From: Candidatus Wolfebacteria bacterium GW2011_GWB1_47_1
GTDB taxonomy: Bacteria > Patescibacteriota > Minisyncoccia > UBA6257 > UBA9933
Direction: 5' to 3'
DNA length: 64,000 nucleotides
Assembly (NCBI GenBank): GCA_001029635.1
Contig: CP011209.1
Span: 683,969-747,968, forward strand
The position numbers were made by a program, and so were the translations under genes. Positions within the stretch are counted from its first letter, which is position 1. Each line of letters opens with the position of its first letter. The notes under the pieces are model-generated. The model was given only the letters and a program-made list of their open reading frames with translations, did no database searches and was not told the origin of the DNA. Shown in pieces: positions 55,669 through 64,000 of this stretch.

Positions 55669-56661
55669 TCACATAATATTCCCGTATGCTAGCACGATTT
55701 TTTGATTAACCACAAGAGCTGTCGCCATTATGATCAGTAGCATCACTCCATTCACTATTAATTGCGAATGTTGGATCTTTATTCTAATAAATACCTTAAG
55801 CATTAATGCCAGCGAGACAATAGTCAGAAGTACGCCGTAGAGATACATATTCATCAAGCGCGGCATTGTCATCGCCTTTTTAATGAAGGATGCGTCAATT
55901 GGTGCGATAGCAGAATCGACCTGAGCCACTTCATTCGATTGGGTAAAGGCGCCGCTTACTTCCCCTTCCACCTCGATCGCTTGATTCAGAGTTGCTTCCT
56001 TATGCTCTTTTGGCGTTGCAAACGGCTGAATACCCCCCCTACTATTCTTCTGCGCGCTCACCGTGGCAATCGACTCTTGCTCTTCAACTTTCTTTGCCGG
56101 GCGTCCGAATATCTGTACGATAAAGGTTGTTTCCCTTCCCTCGTACACGCCATTTGCCGTTGCGATCCCGATCTCGGTAAAGTTGGCATTCAAAATATTT
56201 TTCCTATGCGTAGGTGAATCCATCCATGCCTTGCTTACATCCGAAGAGTCGATGAAGTCTACAGCTAAATTTTCTCCTGCATAATCATATTTATAGCCGG
56301 CCCTATCAATCCAATACCATGGAGTCACGCCTTCGGGACTATTGTGCGCGAAATACCCCTTCTGGGCCATATCGTCAGCCTTCATTTGGGCAGCTTTTTG
56401 CAATACCTCGCTTGTCTGTAGTCTGGGCAGCTTGTCAATCTGCCTATTGTCATTGGCCAGGCCGGCGATCACCGACGGCAAGACTTGAGCGAAATAACCC
56501 TTGCGTGAATGTAGCATCTCAACCTGCAATAAAAAAATCATTTCCACTAGTAAAATGACTGCGAAAAAAAACATAACCACTTCGGTCCGCAATATATGCG
56601 GCTTATGGTCGTTGTGCTCCCCTGGAATAAAATACTTCTTCAGTAGATGAATTCCTTTCAT
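55669..56661 (-). CDS. CAP/SCP/PR-1 domain membrane protein
   Basis: AQMKADDMAQKGYFAHNSPEGVTPWYWI ... AGENLAV ... WMDSPTHRKNIL matches CAP-domain motifs. TM helices at both ends. Confidence 0.7.
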   Translation of the reverse strand: MKGIHLLKKYFIPGEHNDHKPHILRTEVVMFFFAVILLVEMIFLLQVEMLHSRKGYFAQVLPSVIAGLANDNRQIDKLPRLQTSEVLQKAAQMKADDMAQKGYFAHNSPEGVTPWYWIDRAGYKYDYAGENLAVDFIDSSDVSKAWMDSPTHRKNILNANFTEIGIATANGVYEGRETTFIVQIFGRPAKKVEEQESIATVSAQKNSRGGIQPFATPKEHKEATLNQAIEVEGEVSGAFTQSNEVAQVDSAIAPIDASFIKKAMTMPRLMNMYLYGVLLTIVSLALMLKVFIRIKIQHSQLIVNGVMLLIIMATALVVNQKIVLAYGNIM

Positions 56662-56778
56662 GATTTTTGATCATTACCACTCCCCCTGACAAGGCTTATA
56701 TGAATAAATAATGACACAAATGCAAAAAAACAGCAAGACAATGCAAGTCCTGCTGTTTTTATCAGTATCGTTTAACGC

Positions 56779-58371
56779 TTACTGTTTTGCCTTAAGCTGC
56801 TCCACGAGCTGCTTCATTATCTCAAGTAGCTGCGTCTGTAATGTTGCTATCTGTGCGCGAAGCGCATCACCACTTGCTGTACTTACTCCCAAGACCTGAC
56901 CGCCTTGCACTTTGTTCAGCTCCGCCCGCGTGAGCGAACCGACAAAACCTGAGGCCGGGTTGATGTTGTGCGCCTTCTGGTATGCAATAACAGCATTCTT
57001 CGTAACCTGCCCGAAGTATCCCGTGGCTGAAAGATTAAAGAATCCTTCCTTTGCCAATACATTCTGCAATTCGGTCACCGTATTGCCAGTCGAACCGATT
57101 GTAAGATTCTCAGAGAAGGCAAATGTTTCAACACCAAGCACCTGCCCAGCGGGCTTTTCGGTAATGGCAGGCTTTGCCGCGTTTACTACAGTGACCGGGG
57201 TCTCTACAACTGTCGACACCACAGCAGGAGCCGTTGTTACTACTGGTTGCCCATACGATCCGTAATACGTATAAGAACCTCCGCCTCCTCCTCCGCTAAC
57301 GACTACTACGGGAGCCGGTGCTGCGACATTAACTGTCCTCGTGCTCGTTGCTCCGTTTCCGGCAAGGTCACTGACCACATAGGTCACAAGATATGTTCCA
57401 GCAACGGTCGTGTTGACCGTGCTTGTAGTTACAATCCTAGCTGTAATATCCCCATCAATATTATCTGAAGACGTTGCCCCGGCATCCGTGTAAGTTCCTC
57501 CCACGGTCATATCGATCGGATTTGAACCAAGGAGGGAAATGGTCGGCGCGGTGGTGTCGGCCGGCGCCGTTGCCATGATCGTGATCATCACGTTGGTGAC
57601 GTTGTTGCTTGTATCGGTCAAGGTGCCCGATACGGTAAGCGATCCTCCCGCAAGGGTCTGGCCCAGTTCAGTCGCAAGGATGTTGTAGCCAAACAATCCT
57701 GCCGTTGTGAGGACATTGGCTCCTGCGACAAGCTCGATCGAAGGTAGCGGCTGCGAGGTGATCTGCAGCGTTGCCGCTTCGGAAACGGTGATACTTCCTG
57801 CTGTTGCCAAGTCGGTATCGGTGGCTTCAAATAAATTGAGGGCGATGCCGCTGTCCGTAACAGTGCCGGTCTTGTTGGCGAATGAGATCGCGGAAATGGT
57901 CGGCGCGGTGGTGTCGGCCGGCGCCGTTGCCATGATCGTGATCATCACGTCAGTGACGTTGTTGCTTGTATCGGTCAAGGTGCCCGATACGGTAAGCGAT
58001 CCTCCCGCAAGGGTCTGGCCCAGTTCAGTCGCAAGGATGTTGTAGCCAAACAATCCTGCCGTTGTGAGGACATTGGCTCCTGCGACAAGCTCGATCGAAG
58101 GTAGCGGCTGCGAGGTGATCTGCAGCGTTGCCGCTTCGGAAACGGTGATACTTCCTGCTGTTGCCAAGTCGGCATCGGTGGCTTCAAATAAATTGAGGGC
58201 GATGCCGCTGTCCGTAACAGTGCCGGTCTTGTTGGCAAATGAGATCGCGGAAATGGTCGGCGCGGTGGTGTCGGCTTCAGCCATTGCCGAATTGATCGGC
58301 AATGCCGAACTCGCAGTGCCTATGAGAGCTACTAATATAAGAACCTGAAACAAGGACTTTATTTTTGACAT
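56779..58371 (-). CDS. secreted repeat protein with Ig-like (DUF5011-like) domain, Gly6 tract and C-terminal peptidoglycan-binding domain
   Basis: Signal peptide. Two near-identical 119-aa repeats. DNIDGDITARIV...TYLVTYVVSDLAGN is Ig-like. GNTVTELQNVLAKEGFF...GYFGQVTKNAVIAYQ matches PG_binding_1. C-terminal coiled coil. Confidence 0.6.
   Translation of the reverse strand: MSKIKSLFQVLILVALIGTASSALPINSAMAEADTTAPTISAISFANKTGTVTDSGIALNLFEATDADLATAGSITVSEAATLQITSQPLPSIELVAGANVLTTAGLFGYNILATELGQTLAGGSLTVSGTLTDTSNNVTDVMITIMATAPADTTAPTISAISFANKTGTVTDSGIALNLFEATDTDLATAGSITVSEAATLQITSQPLPSIELVAGANVLTTAGLFGYNILATELGQTLAGGSLTVSGTLTDTSNNVTNVMITIMATAPADTTAPTISLLGSNPIDMTVGGTYTDAGATSSDNIDGDITARIVTTSTVNTTVAGTYLVTYVVSDLAGNGATSTRTVNVAAPAPVVVVSGGGGGGSYTYYGSYGQPVVTTAPAVVSTVVETPVTVVNAAKPAITEKPAGQVLGVETFAFSENLTIGSTGNTVTELQNVLAKEGFFNLSATGYFGQVTKNAVIAYQKAHNINPASGFVGSLTRAELNKVQGGQVLGVSTASGDALRAQIATLQTQLLEIMKQLVEQLKAKQ
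57562..58275. repeat. in-frame tandem duplication, 2 x 357 bp (near-perfect, 2 aa differences)
   Basis: ORF-track shadow peptides 57618..57830 vs 57975..58238 and 57707..58045 vs 58064..58348 are identical at a 357-bp offset. Confidence 0.8.
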
Positions 58372-58774
58372 AGGATTATTTAGTTAATTAATTTACTCGC
58401 ACAGTGTTGCCATATTATTTGTTTAGATCGGCAATACTCAAACACACTAAAAAACTGATTCATATCAGTCAATATGCTTCGGCGATACGAATAACCATCG
58501 ACACCCGGGCTTATCTCTCCCCAAAAACTTATCTTCTTCCTCTTCTTCTATTCCCTCTGGCCGACTAGATCGTTTCTTACAGTCGCTTTCTTCTCTGTGC
58601 ATCTCAACTACTATAGGTAGCTTGGTCCATAATTTTGACTTTGTCAACTTTTTACCTACCAGTAGGTAGGTGCCTGAAAATGAACCGCGGTCTCTTATTC
58701 GTGGTTGGTTAACCCAACTCAAATAATCTTCCACTTTATCTCTTTTGGTTTTTCCGCATTCTCCTGTATCATAT

Positions 58775-59101
58775 ATGAATATGACACTTATTTATGGAAT
58801 CGATACCACGCAGCCGATCACACCACGTATGGTGCGCGATGCGATCATCGAATGCTTTCATCAAGCGCACGACGAAGAACTAAGAAACAGAACAGTAGAT
58901 GAACAAGTTAACCGGTCATTTTGCGCGGCTATTGTCGAAAAGGCATTCCTTGATATCGGTGCCGATTTTCAAAATCCCACAAAAGAAGATCTCCTTCGAG
59001 TCATCGAGCAGCTTGCCGTTTTTACCATACAATTCCGAGATCCATTAATTGTCGACCGCCATATAGCGGAAATACGACAACTCATCGATAAACTCCCCTA
59101 A
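58775..59101 (+). CDS. hypothetical protein
   Basis: ORF in the AT-rich island. Start uncertain (58745, 58775 or 58781). Confidence 0.4.
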   Translation: MNMTLIYGIDTTQPITPRMVRDAIIECFHQAHDEELRNRTVDEQVNRSFCAAIVEKAFLDIGADFQNPTKEDLLRVIEQLAVFTIQFRDPLIVDRHIAEIRQLIDKLP

Positions 59102-59150
59102 GTAGAAACGGGGGTCAGATACCACTATTTTAGAAAATGTTCGCATTGCT

Positions 59151-60053
59151 CTATCCTCTCTTCAGATAGACTTTAACAAAAGCGCTTTTTAATTCAGCTG
59201 CTTTAGCTGATAAACTATCGGCATTACCAGTCTTAGCTAGTACTAGCACTTCTTCAAGCCTTGCTCGAATTGCTTGGATTTCACTATCGTTAGCCTCCGC
59301 CTCCACTGCCTTTAATTTATCACTTACCCCAGGATAGACATTTATGACGCCGGCCAAGTCTTTTGCGTCAGCTTTTGCAATTATTTCTTCCATTGCGTCA
59401 TGAAAATCGACTAACGATACCGCGAGCATGGAAAATCCATTGCGCTTCAAAATATCCTGGAAAATCGGACGCACCTGTTCAAAATTTATGTGCGCCTCCT
59501 GTAGATCTCCATCCTTAACATCTTCTTCAAGTCCTGTAATAATATCTGACACTTTTACTAGATCGGCATTGAATTGACTATCTTTTTTCAATACATACGG
59601 ATGAAATTTTTGATATTTATTATTGAATAGCGTGAATTCAGAAACCAACTTAGTATAGTTATCCAATGCTTCAACTCTCTTATCTTGCCCCGTATAAAAT
59701 AGCGTTTGCTTATAATAGTTATTCATCCTATTATAATCCTCAAGAAAAAATTTCTTTGTGAAAAAATTACTATAATAACTACCAGCAACTGCAATCACGA
59801 CAAATATCACAATGAATAACCCTAGGACTACTTTAGAAACTTTCTTATTATCTTGTTTTTCCGTATTTATCCCTAATACCTTATACAGACCACAAAAACC
59901 TGTTCCAGCAGTTATAAGCATTGCCGCTGCCATCACGTAGAAAACTACTTGCCCAGTACCACTAAACCAGAACAGCGCAATGATAAATAATATCTCGGCT
60001 AGAATGACTCTCGCTAATCGATCGAGGATATTTTCGTTTGGGATAATTTTCAT
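59151..60053 (-). CDS. membrane protein with N-terminal DUF2892 (YgaP-like) domain
   Basis: RLARVILAEILFIIALFWF...AAAMLITAGTGFCGLYKVLGINT gives two TM helices with the G.C..Y motif of DUF2892. A ~200-aa C-terminal soluble region has no recognised domain. Confidence 0.5.
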   Translation of the reverse strand: MKIIPNENILDRLARVILAEILFIIALFWFSGTGQVVFYVMAAAMLITAGTGFCGLYKVLGINTEKQDNKKVSKVVLGLFIVIFVVIAVAGSYYSNFFTKKFFLEDYNRMNNYYKQTLFYTGQDKRVEALDNYTKLVSEFTLFNNKYQKFHPYVLKKDSQFNADLVKVSDIITGLEEDVKDGDLQEAHINFEQVRPIFQDILKRNGFSMLAVSLVDFHDAMEEIIAKADAKDLAGVINVYPGVSDKLKAVEAEANDSEIQAIRARLEEVLVLAKTGNADSLSAKAAELKSAFVKVYLKRG

Positions 60054-60184
60054 ATGCTATAAGTATATTCTTATATTTATCTCAAATAAATAGGCGCCCA
60101 CTATTCCTCAAAATACGTCGAAGGCGAATGTATTTTTTGCTCCGCCCAATGAGCGACGTTAGAGCCTCATTTTCTCTACATAAT

Positions 60185-60215
60185 TTATAAAAACCGCCCT
60201 CATTACTGAGAGCGG
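60185..60215 (-). terminator. rho-independent terminator
   Basis: CCGCCCTC-ATTACT-GAGAGCGG (one mismatch) with a U-run on the minus strand. Confidence 0.5.
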
Positions 60216-60238
60216 CTGCGTGATTTTAAATCAGTTCT

Positions 60239-60619
60239 TTATCCTTCTACTTCAACTTGAAAACCACCGTAAGCCATTCGCTTCATATCAAAAGGCATCA
60301 GTATATTTTTGTGTCCTTCCATCTGATTATTCATGTCTTTCATCACTTTAGCATTGACCTCATCTCGATGCTCTTTGGATTTAAAGACTATGAAAGAAAA
60401 CCAAACTATATCCTCACTTGTTGCTCCAGTCATTTCAGGAAATGCACGTGCTTTTTCACCCCCCATTTCCTGTGGAACAAGATCGTCACCTCGACATTCA
60501 TAGTATTCAAGCGCACCATACTTTATCCAAGTATCACGGCCACTTTCTGCCATTTTCTTGTATTCTTCAGCTTTGTCCTTTGGAACTACAAGTACAAATC
60601 CGTCTACATATTTTGCCAT
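60239..60619 (-). CDS. DUF1428 (YbaA-like) protein
   Basis: MAKYVDGFVLVVPKDKAEEY... Whole-length resemblance to the DUF1428 family. Confidence 0.6.
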   Translation of the reverse strand: MAKYVDGFVLVVPKDKAEEYKKMAESGRDTWIKYGALEYYECRGDDLVPQEMGGEKARAFPEMTGATSEDIVWFSFIVFKSKEHRDEVNAKVMKDMNNQMEGHKNILMPFDMKRMAYGGFQVEVEG

Positions 60620-60894
60620 ATTTTATTTACCACCTTTATAATAGTTATTATTACTATTAATATAGCATTTACCAAAATCAACCACAACGCATATTTTTTG
60701 AAATAGTAACGGAACAAGATGTAACCCTGGATTTTGAGGTTATTTTTCTCCCTGGAAGGGAATCGCCCCCGTCGTCGCTTTCGCAAGCTCAAGTTCCTCT
60801 CAATAGGGCTTCCGCCCTCTTGTCCTCGCTATGCTCGGTCACCCCAACGGGGAAATTACAATTTCCCCGACCCCCTAAGAGGTTTCTCATCTGC

Positions 60895-60947
60895 ACCCGC
60901 AAAACAAAAAGCAAAAATACGATCCATGCGGACCGTATTTTTGCTTT
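60895..60947 (-). terminator. strong minus-strand intrinsic terminator with no annotated gene feeding it (possible sRNA 3' end)
   Basis: 14-bp stem AAAGCAAAAATACG / CGTATTTTTGCTTT with a 12-nt loop, followed on the minus strand by TTTTGTTTTG. Confidence 0.5.
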
Positions 60948-60977
60948 CTGCTCGAATATCAGGACGCGTTTCGAACT

Positions 60978-61057
60978 TTTGACTGGGTTGGGGCGTTTCC
61001 GGATCCAGGAATTACGCTGCGACAAATCAATGGGCTATTAGCACTGGTATAAATACC
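60978..61057. repeat. degenerate ~80-bp direct repeat, copy R1
   Basis: TGACTGGGTTGGGGCGTTTCCGGATCCAGGAATTACGCTGCGACAAATCAATGGGCTATTAGCACTGGTATAAA aligns at about 75-80% identity with 61585-61666. Confidence 0.6.
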
Positions 61058-61131
61058 CCGGATCTCGTCCGGAGCTTTTGGAAACATATAAATTTGACCC
61101 CGCCTTCCTGCTGGCTTATGCTTGGGCTTAA

Positions 61132-61521
61132 ATGGACCCAACGACATTTTATACTACATATTTCTTTCCATCGATTTGCCAAATTGTCACTTCTATACCA
61201 ACGTCAGAACGAAGCGCATTTTGGCTTATTATAGGACTTTTGGGATTTTGGGGATGGGTTGCTGTGATTATCGCCTTTCTTATTTGGGGTGCAATTGAAT
61301 TAACTCTTCGCCCAGGCAAATCGGCGAATGGTTGCACCTGGGAATTTAATGTAGCCGTCGGAAGCTTCACCTTTGCAGTATTCCAGTCGATTACTTATTT
61401 ATTTTTTAGTAAATTATTTGAGCCTTCGATCTACTGCACAATTTGGCCTAATCTTAGTTATTTACTTGTTTTTCCCTTAGTCTGGCTCTTCCTTCGGGGA
61501 ATTGGCTTTTGGGTATATTAG
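61132..61521 (+). CDS. small hypothetical membrane protein
   Basis: 129 aa with three or four TM helices. Lies between the two direct repeats. Low coding confidence because the region is AT-rich. Confidence 0.35.
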   Translation: MDPTTFYTTYFFPSICQIVTSIPTSERSAFWLIIGLLGFWGWVAVIIAFLIWGAIELTLRPGKSANGCTWEFNVAVGSFTFAVFQSITYLFFSKLFEPSIYCTIWPNLSYLLVFPLVWLFLRGIGFWVY

Positions 61522-61584
61522 CTTTTCTTTACTTTTTAAATTGGCAAGTGCAAGGTAAGGCCCCGTGAGGCATAATTTACACAC

Positions 61585-61666
61585 TTCTGACTGGATTGAG
61601 GCGTTCCCTGATCCTACTGTTACGCTTAGGCAAATTAATGCGTTATTAGCACTAATACAAAACTCA
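61585..61666. repeat. degenerate ~80-bp direct repeat, copy R2
   Basis: TGACTGGATTGAGGCGTTCCCTGATCCTACTGTTACGCTTAGGCAAATTAATGCGTTATTAGCACTAATACAAA. Confidence 0.6.
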
Positions 61667-61687
61667 AATTGTTAAAAGTCTGTAAAA

Positions 61688-62260
61688 TCAAAGCTCACTA
61701 ATATTATCGTCTTCATTAATTTTCAATTCTGATACTGTATTTTTAAAAAAGGCAACAACTTTAGCAAAAACTTCGCCTGGATGATCATCTCCTTGGTCGA
61801 ACGCCAACCGTTCATTTTTGGGATCTACAAATAATTGGGTTTTTGTCTTGTCCTTCTTATGCCCAGCTAAAACCATCAATTGCACTTCCTTTTTCTTATT
61901 CCTCGACAACTTAACATCCACCCAATAATCATTGTCTTTTAGCTCTTCTCGCTGTATGCGTATAAGTTCACCATCTATGTTGATTATTTCCGCGTCTTTA
62001 TATTTTTGCGACTCAATAATATCCAAAAGGTCAGAGACTTTCTCCTCTATTGGTTTATTTAAAGTTATTTTAAAATCACATCTGGAACAGCAGTATTTGT
62101 ATTCACCAATAGAATATACTTCTTTAGATTTCTTTAATTTACAATTACACTTCTGCTTTGGGCATAATGCAATTTGAGAACAAGGGTTTCCATTAATATC
62201 ATAATCAATGTCCCAGTGTAGCCCCTCCCATAAATATAATTTTATTTTTGAGTAATCCAT
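61688..62260 (-). CDS. hypothetical protein with N-terminal Cys-cluster (zinc-ribbon-like), coupled to the HerA-like ATPase
   Basis: C-x6-C-x4-C-x-C ... CC-x2-C cluster in the first 60 aa. The K/E-rich remainder has no nuclease motif I recognise. Start lies 10 bp after the upstream gene's stop. Confidence 0.5.
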   Translation of the reverse strand: MDYSKIKLYLWEGLHWDIDYDINGNPCSQIALCPKQKCNCKLKKSKEVYSIGEYKYCCSRCDFKITLNKPIEEKVSDLLDIIESQKYKDAEIINIDGELIRIQREELKDNDYWVDVKLSRNKKKEVQLMVLAGHKKDKTKTQLFVDPKNERLAFDQGDDHPGEVFAKVVAFFKNTVSELKINEDDNISEL

Positions 62261-62270
62261 CTTATTCTAT

Positions 62271-64000
62271 TTATATTTCCTCGCCTTCTAATGGATCCTG
62301 TTCAGTATCACTACTTATAAAAAACTTCTGATCATTCAACTTAATAATTACTGGCTGCTTCAATCTCAACCCCTTTCCGATTGTAATAGCACATCTTTCT
62401 TCGAGGGTCGACAATGCGTCAGCATAATCTTTCCCAATATAATTGGAAAGGAAATCTTTCCCGGTGTCATCAAAAACTCTGAGTGCAAAAATTGTATTAC
62501 ATTGGTTTAAGATACTCTTGCTTATATTTGCCGTTCTCTGAGTAATAACAAAACAACCAAGTCCATATTTCCTACCCTGTAGTATGACTTTTGCGGTTCC
62601 GCTTGTTGCCCTTTCTTCGCCTTCATTTGAGGCTGACGACCATTCTGGGACAAGAGAATGCGCCTCCTCGTACACTAAAAGACACCGAGGCTCTTTAGTG
62701 CGACCTCTTTTCTTGCAAATATCCAGCGCAATTTCTGAAATAATCCTTGTTATCTCGGCAACGCTTATATCTCTCATTGGGGCCTGATCTTCCCAATCAT
62801 TTTGCCCAGGACCAATTTTTTTCGGCTTTATGTCATTAGTTTGAATACTTACAAAAAAATTCTCTGGATTTATTATTAAAATCTTGGAGCCGGTCGTGGC
62901 ATCAATAAATTTAACCAATTCCTCCTCTATTGCCATCTTAAACTCCTCATAATTGCCACCCTTGTGCTTATCTTTATTAATCCTTACATAGCTTGAGGAA
63001 ATCACTGTATTTATCCGACTCTCATCTATTGAAGATGCGCCGCATCCATAACGAGCGAGCTCCTCAGTATATTCATTTGTAATATCTATACAAATTACTT
63101 TGGCTGATGTTTTCTCTACTATCTTTGTAATAAGTTCGTAAGTAAGACAAGATTTTCCTATCCCCAAAATACCCAAAATTGCTGTATTATGTGTAATTAA
63201 TGAGGCATAATCTTTTATAGGTATTTCTAAATCCGTTTCAGGCAATCTTCCTATAGAATTATGGGCTATTCGCTCGATTTCTTCAGACCCCACTGTCCCG
63301 GAGTAGGCAAAAAATACCGGCGAATAAATATCCGGGACCCATTTGCTAACATCTAATTCTTTCAGTTCCCTGTTATATTTACCCAACTTTCTTGCTATGC
63401 CTATAACGTATCCATGTGTGTCAAAATTCTCCAAATGCTCTTCCTTTGTATTCCCATTTATAACCTGATATAGCACTTCATCTCCATATATTGTTGTTTT
63501 TAAAATAGATCCTTCTGAAACATTCTTTTCTTCGCCAATATCCCTTATAACTGAAAAATTAACTAAATTTATATTCGATCCAGCGGCAATATAGCCAACA
63601 AAATTATCCTTATTCTTAAATAATATATTTTCATAAATTATATCTTTTTCATCTGCTCCTAATGAGTCGGCATCGATTAAATACACCCCATTATCTTGTG
63701 CAAAAATAGAACGATCATCAGTTATTCTTTTTTTAGACTGAAGATTTATCCTAATCGGATTGCCTTCCTCATCGCGAAAAAGATAGACACTTAGCCATCT
63801 CTTATTCAATAGATATTTCTTATTTATCACCATTCCAACGGATCCAATATTTGAGCTTGTTTCCATGGCAACAAGATCGCCATACTCAGCATCTCCATTG
63901 TTCTTTTTGTCATAAAAATCAATCTCTACTTTATATAGAGATGGATTTTCGCATCCGATTGCAACCCCCAATCTTTCACCCTTCTTATTCTTAAATACCC
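62271..64000 (-). CDS. HerA-like ATPase of the FtsK/HerA superfamily (5' end probably beyond window)
   Basis: Walker A GILGIGKS. Walker B-like LLVYEEAH. FVITQRTANISKSILNQCNTIFALRVFDDTGKDFL matches the HerA ITQRP...SQC.T.I.LR..N..D arginine-finger region. Beta-rich N-terminal ~230 aa, as in the HerA HAS-barrel. The listed start at 63971 is TTG, and the frame stays open to position 64000. Confidence 0.65.
   Translation of the reverse strand, partial: VFKNKKGERLGVAIGCENPSLYKVEIDFYDKKNNGDAEYGDLVAMETSSNIGSVGMVINKKYLLNKRWLSVYLFRDEEGNPIRINLQSKKRITDDRSIFAQDNGVYLIDADSLGADEKDIIYENILFKNKDNFVGYIAAGSNINLVNFSVIRDIGEEKNVSEGSILKTTIYGDEVLYQVINGNTKEEHLENFDTHGYVIGIARKLGKYNRELKELDVSKWVPDIYSPVFFAYSGTVGSEEIERIAHNSIGRLPETDLEIPIKDYASLITHNTAILGILGIGKSCLTYELITKIVEKTSAKVICIDITNEYTEELARYGCGASSIDESRINTVISSSYVRINKDKHKGGNYEEFKMAIEEELVKFIDATTGSKILIINPENFFVSIQTNDIKPKKIGPGQNDWEDQAPMRDISVAEITRIISEIALDICKKRGRTKEPRCLLVYEEAHSLVPEWSSASNEGEERATSGTAKVILQGRKYGLGCFVITQRTANISKSILNQCNTIFALRVFDDTGKDFLSNYIGKDYADALSTLEERCAITIGKGLRLKQPVIIKLNDQKFFISSDTEQDPLEGEEI

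Noticed and set aside
57281-57300. Gly6 run (GGGGGGS) as a phase-variable tract in the PG-binding protein gene
   Set aside because: The DNA is CCTCCGCCTCCTCCTCC, not a homopolymer. Slippage is unlikely.
58465-58734. 89-aa minus-strand ORF (MEDYLSWVNQ...)
   Set aside because: It sits in the AT/CT-rich non-coding boundary of the island. It has no Shine-Dalgarno and an odd composition (EEEEED run). Judged spurious.
60740-61060. tmRNA, RNase P or SRP RNA in the structured intergenic region
   Set aside because: I looked for the tRNA-like T-arm (GGTTCGANTCC...CCA), RNase P CR-I/P4 strings and the SRP domain-IV motif on both strands and found none. The candidate tag-like reading frames do not end in an Ala-Ala-type tag. 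Left as an unassigned structured region.
1-64000. tRNA and rRNA genes
   Set aside because: I scanned the intergenic regions for T-loop (GTTCRANYC) and anticodon-stem patterns and for rRNA-like conserved strings and found none. A tool-based scan with tRNAscan-SE or Infernal is still needed to be definitive.

Overview
The window is 64 kb of gene-dense bacterial chromosome, about 90% coding, with most genes on the minus strand. A few Shine-Dalgarno-led starts are visible, for example GGAGG before 18978. Gene content includes many secreted or membrane hypotheticals, cohesin- and dockerin-bearing surface proteins, QueH, and repeated receiver-only response regulators. This suggests an uncultured small-genome lineage such as a Patescibacteria/CPR-like organism, but that is inference only. 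The core region (positions 1 to about 58380) carries housekeeping genes: truB, prs plus a phosphoribosyltransferase, queH, a DEAD-box helicase, xth, msrAB with a CcdA/thioredoxin partner, an ABC-F ATPase, a P-type ATPase, oleate hydratase, and SPFH, YceI and DedA family proteins. Interleaved with these are envelope and surface loci. The largest is a 2737-aa dockerin-bearing IPT/TIG-repeat adhesin sitting next to a membrane-anchored cohesin protein and a receiver-only regulator. Notable non-housekeeping content: (i) two copies of a MITE-like element with 20-bp terminal inverted repeats (26301-26590 and 50350-50521); (ii) an accessory stretch 26595-33128 with a stand-alone DUF262 protein, a histidine kinase, a TSP3-repeat surface protein, a receiver gene, and a translationally coupled NERD-nuclease / RNase H1-HBD pair; (iii) a SET-domain protein; (iv) two GC-rich inserts, a small membrane protein at 20559-20908 and an OMP-like beta-barrel ending in Phe at 49119-49824; (v) an AT-rich terminal island (58380-64000) carrying DUF2892 and DUF1428 proteins, a degenerate ~80-bp direct-repeat pair, and a HerA-like FtsK/HerA-superfamily ATPase coupled to a small Cys-cluster protein that runs off the window edge. 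The last is my best candidate for an undescribed defence-type system. No rRNA, tRNA or CRISPR array was recognised. In the ORF track, 'M' may stand for alternative start codons: the HerA-like ORF starts with TTG.
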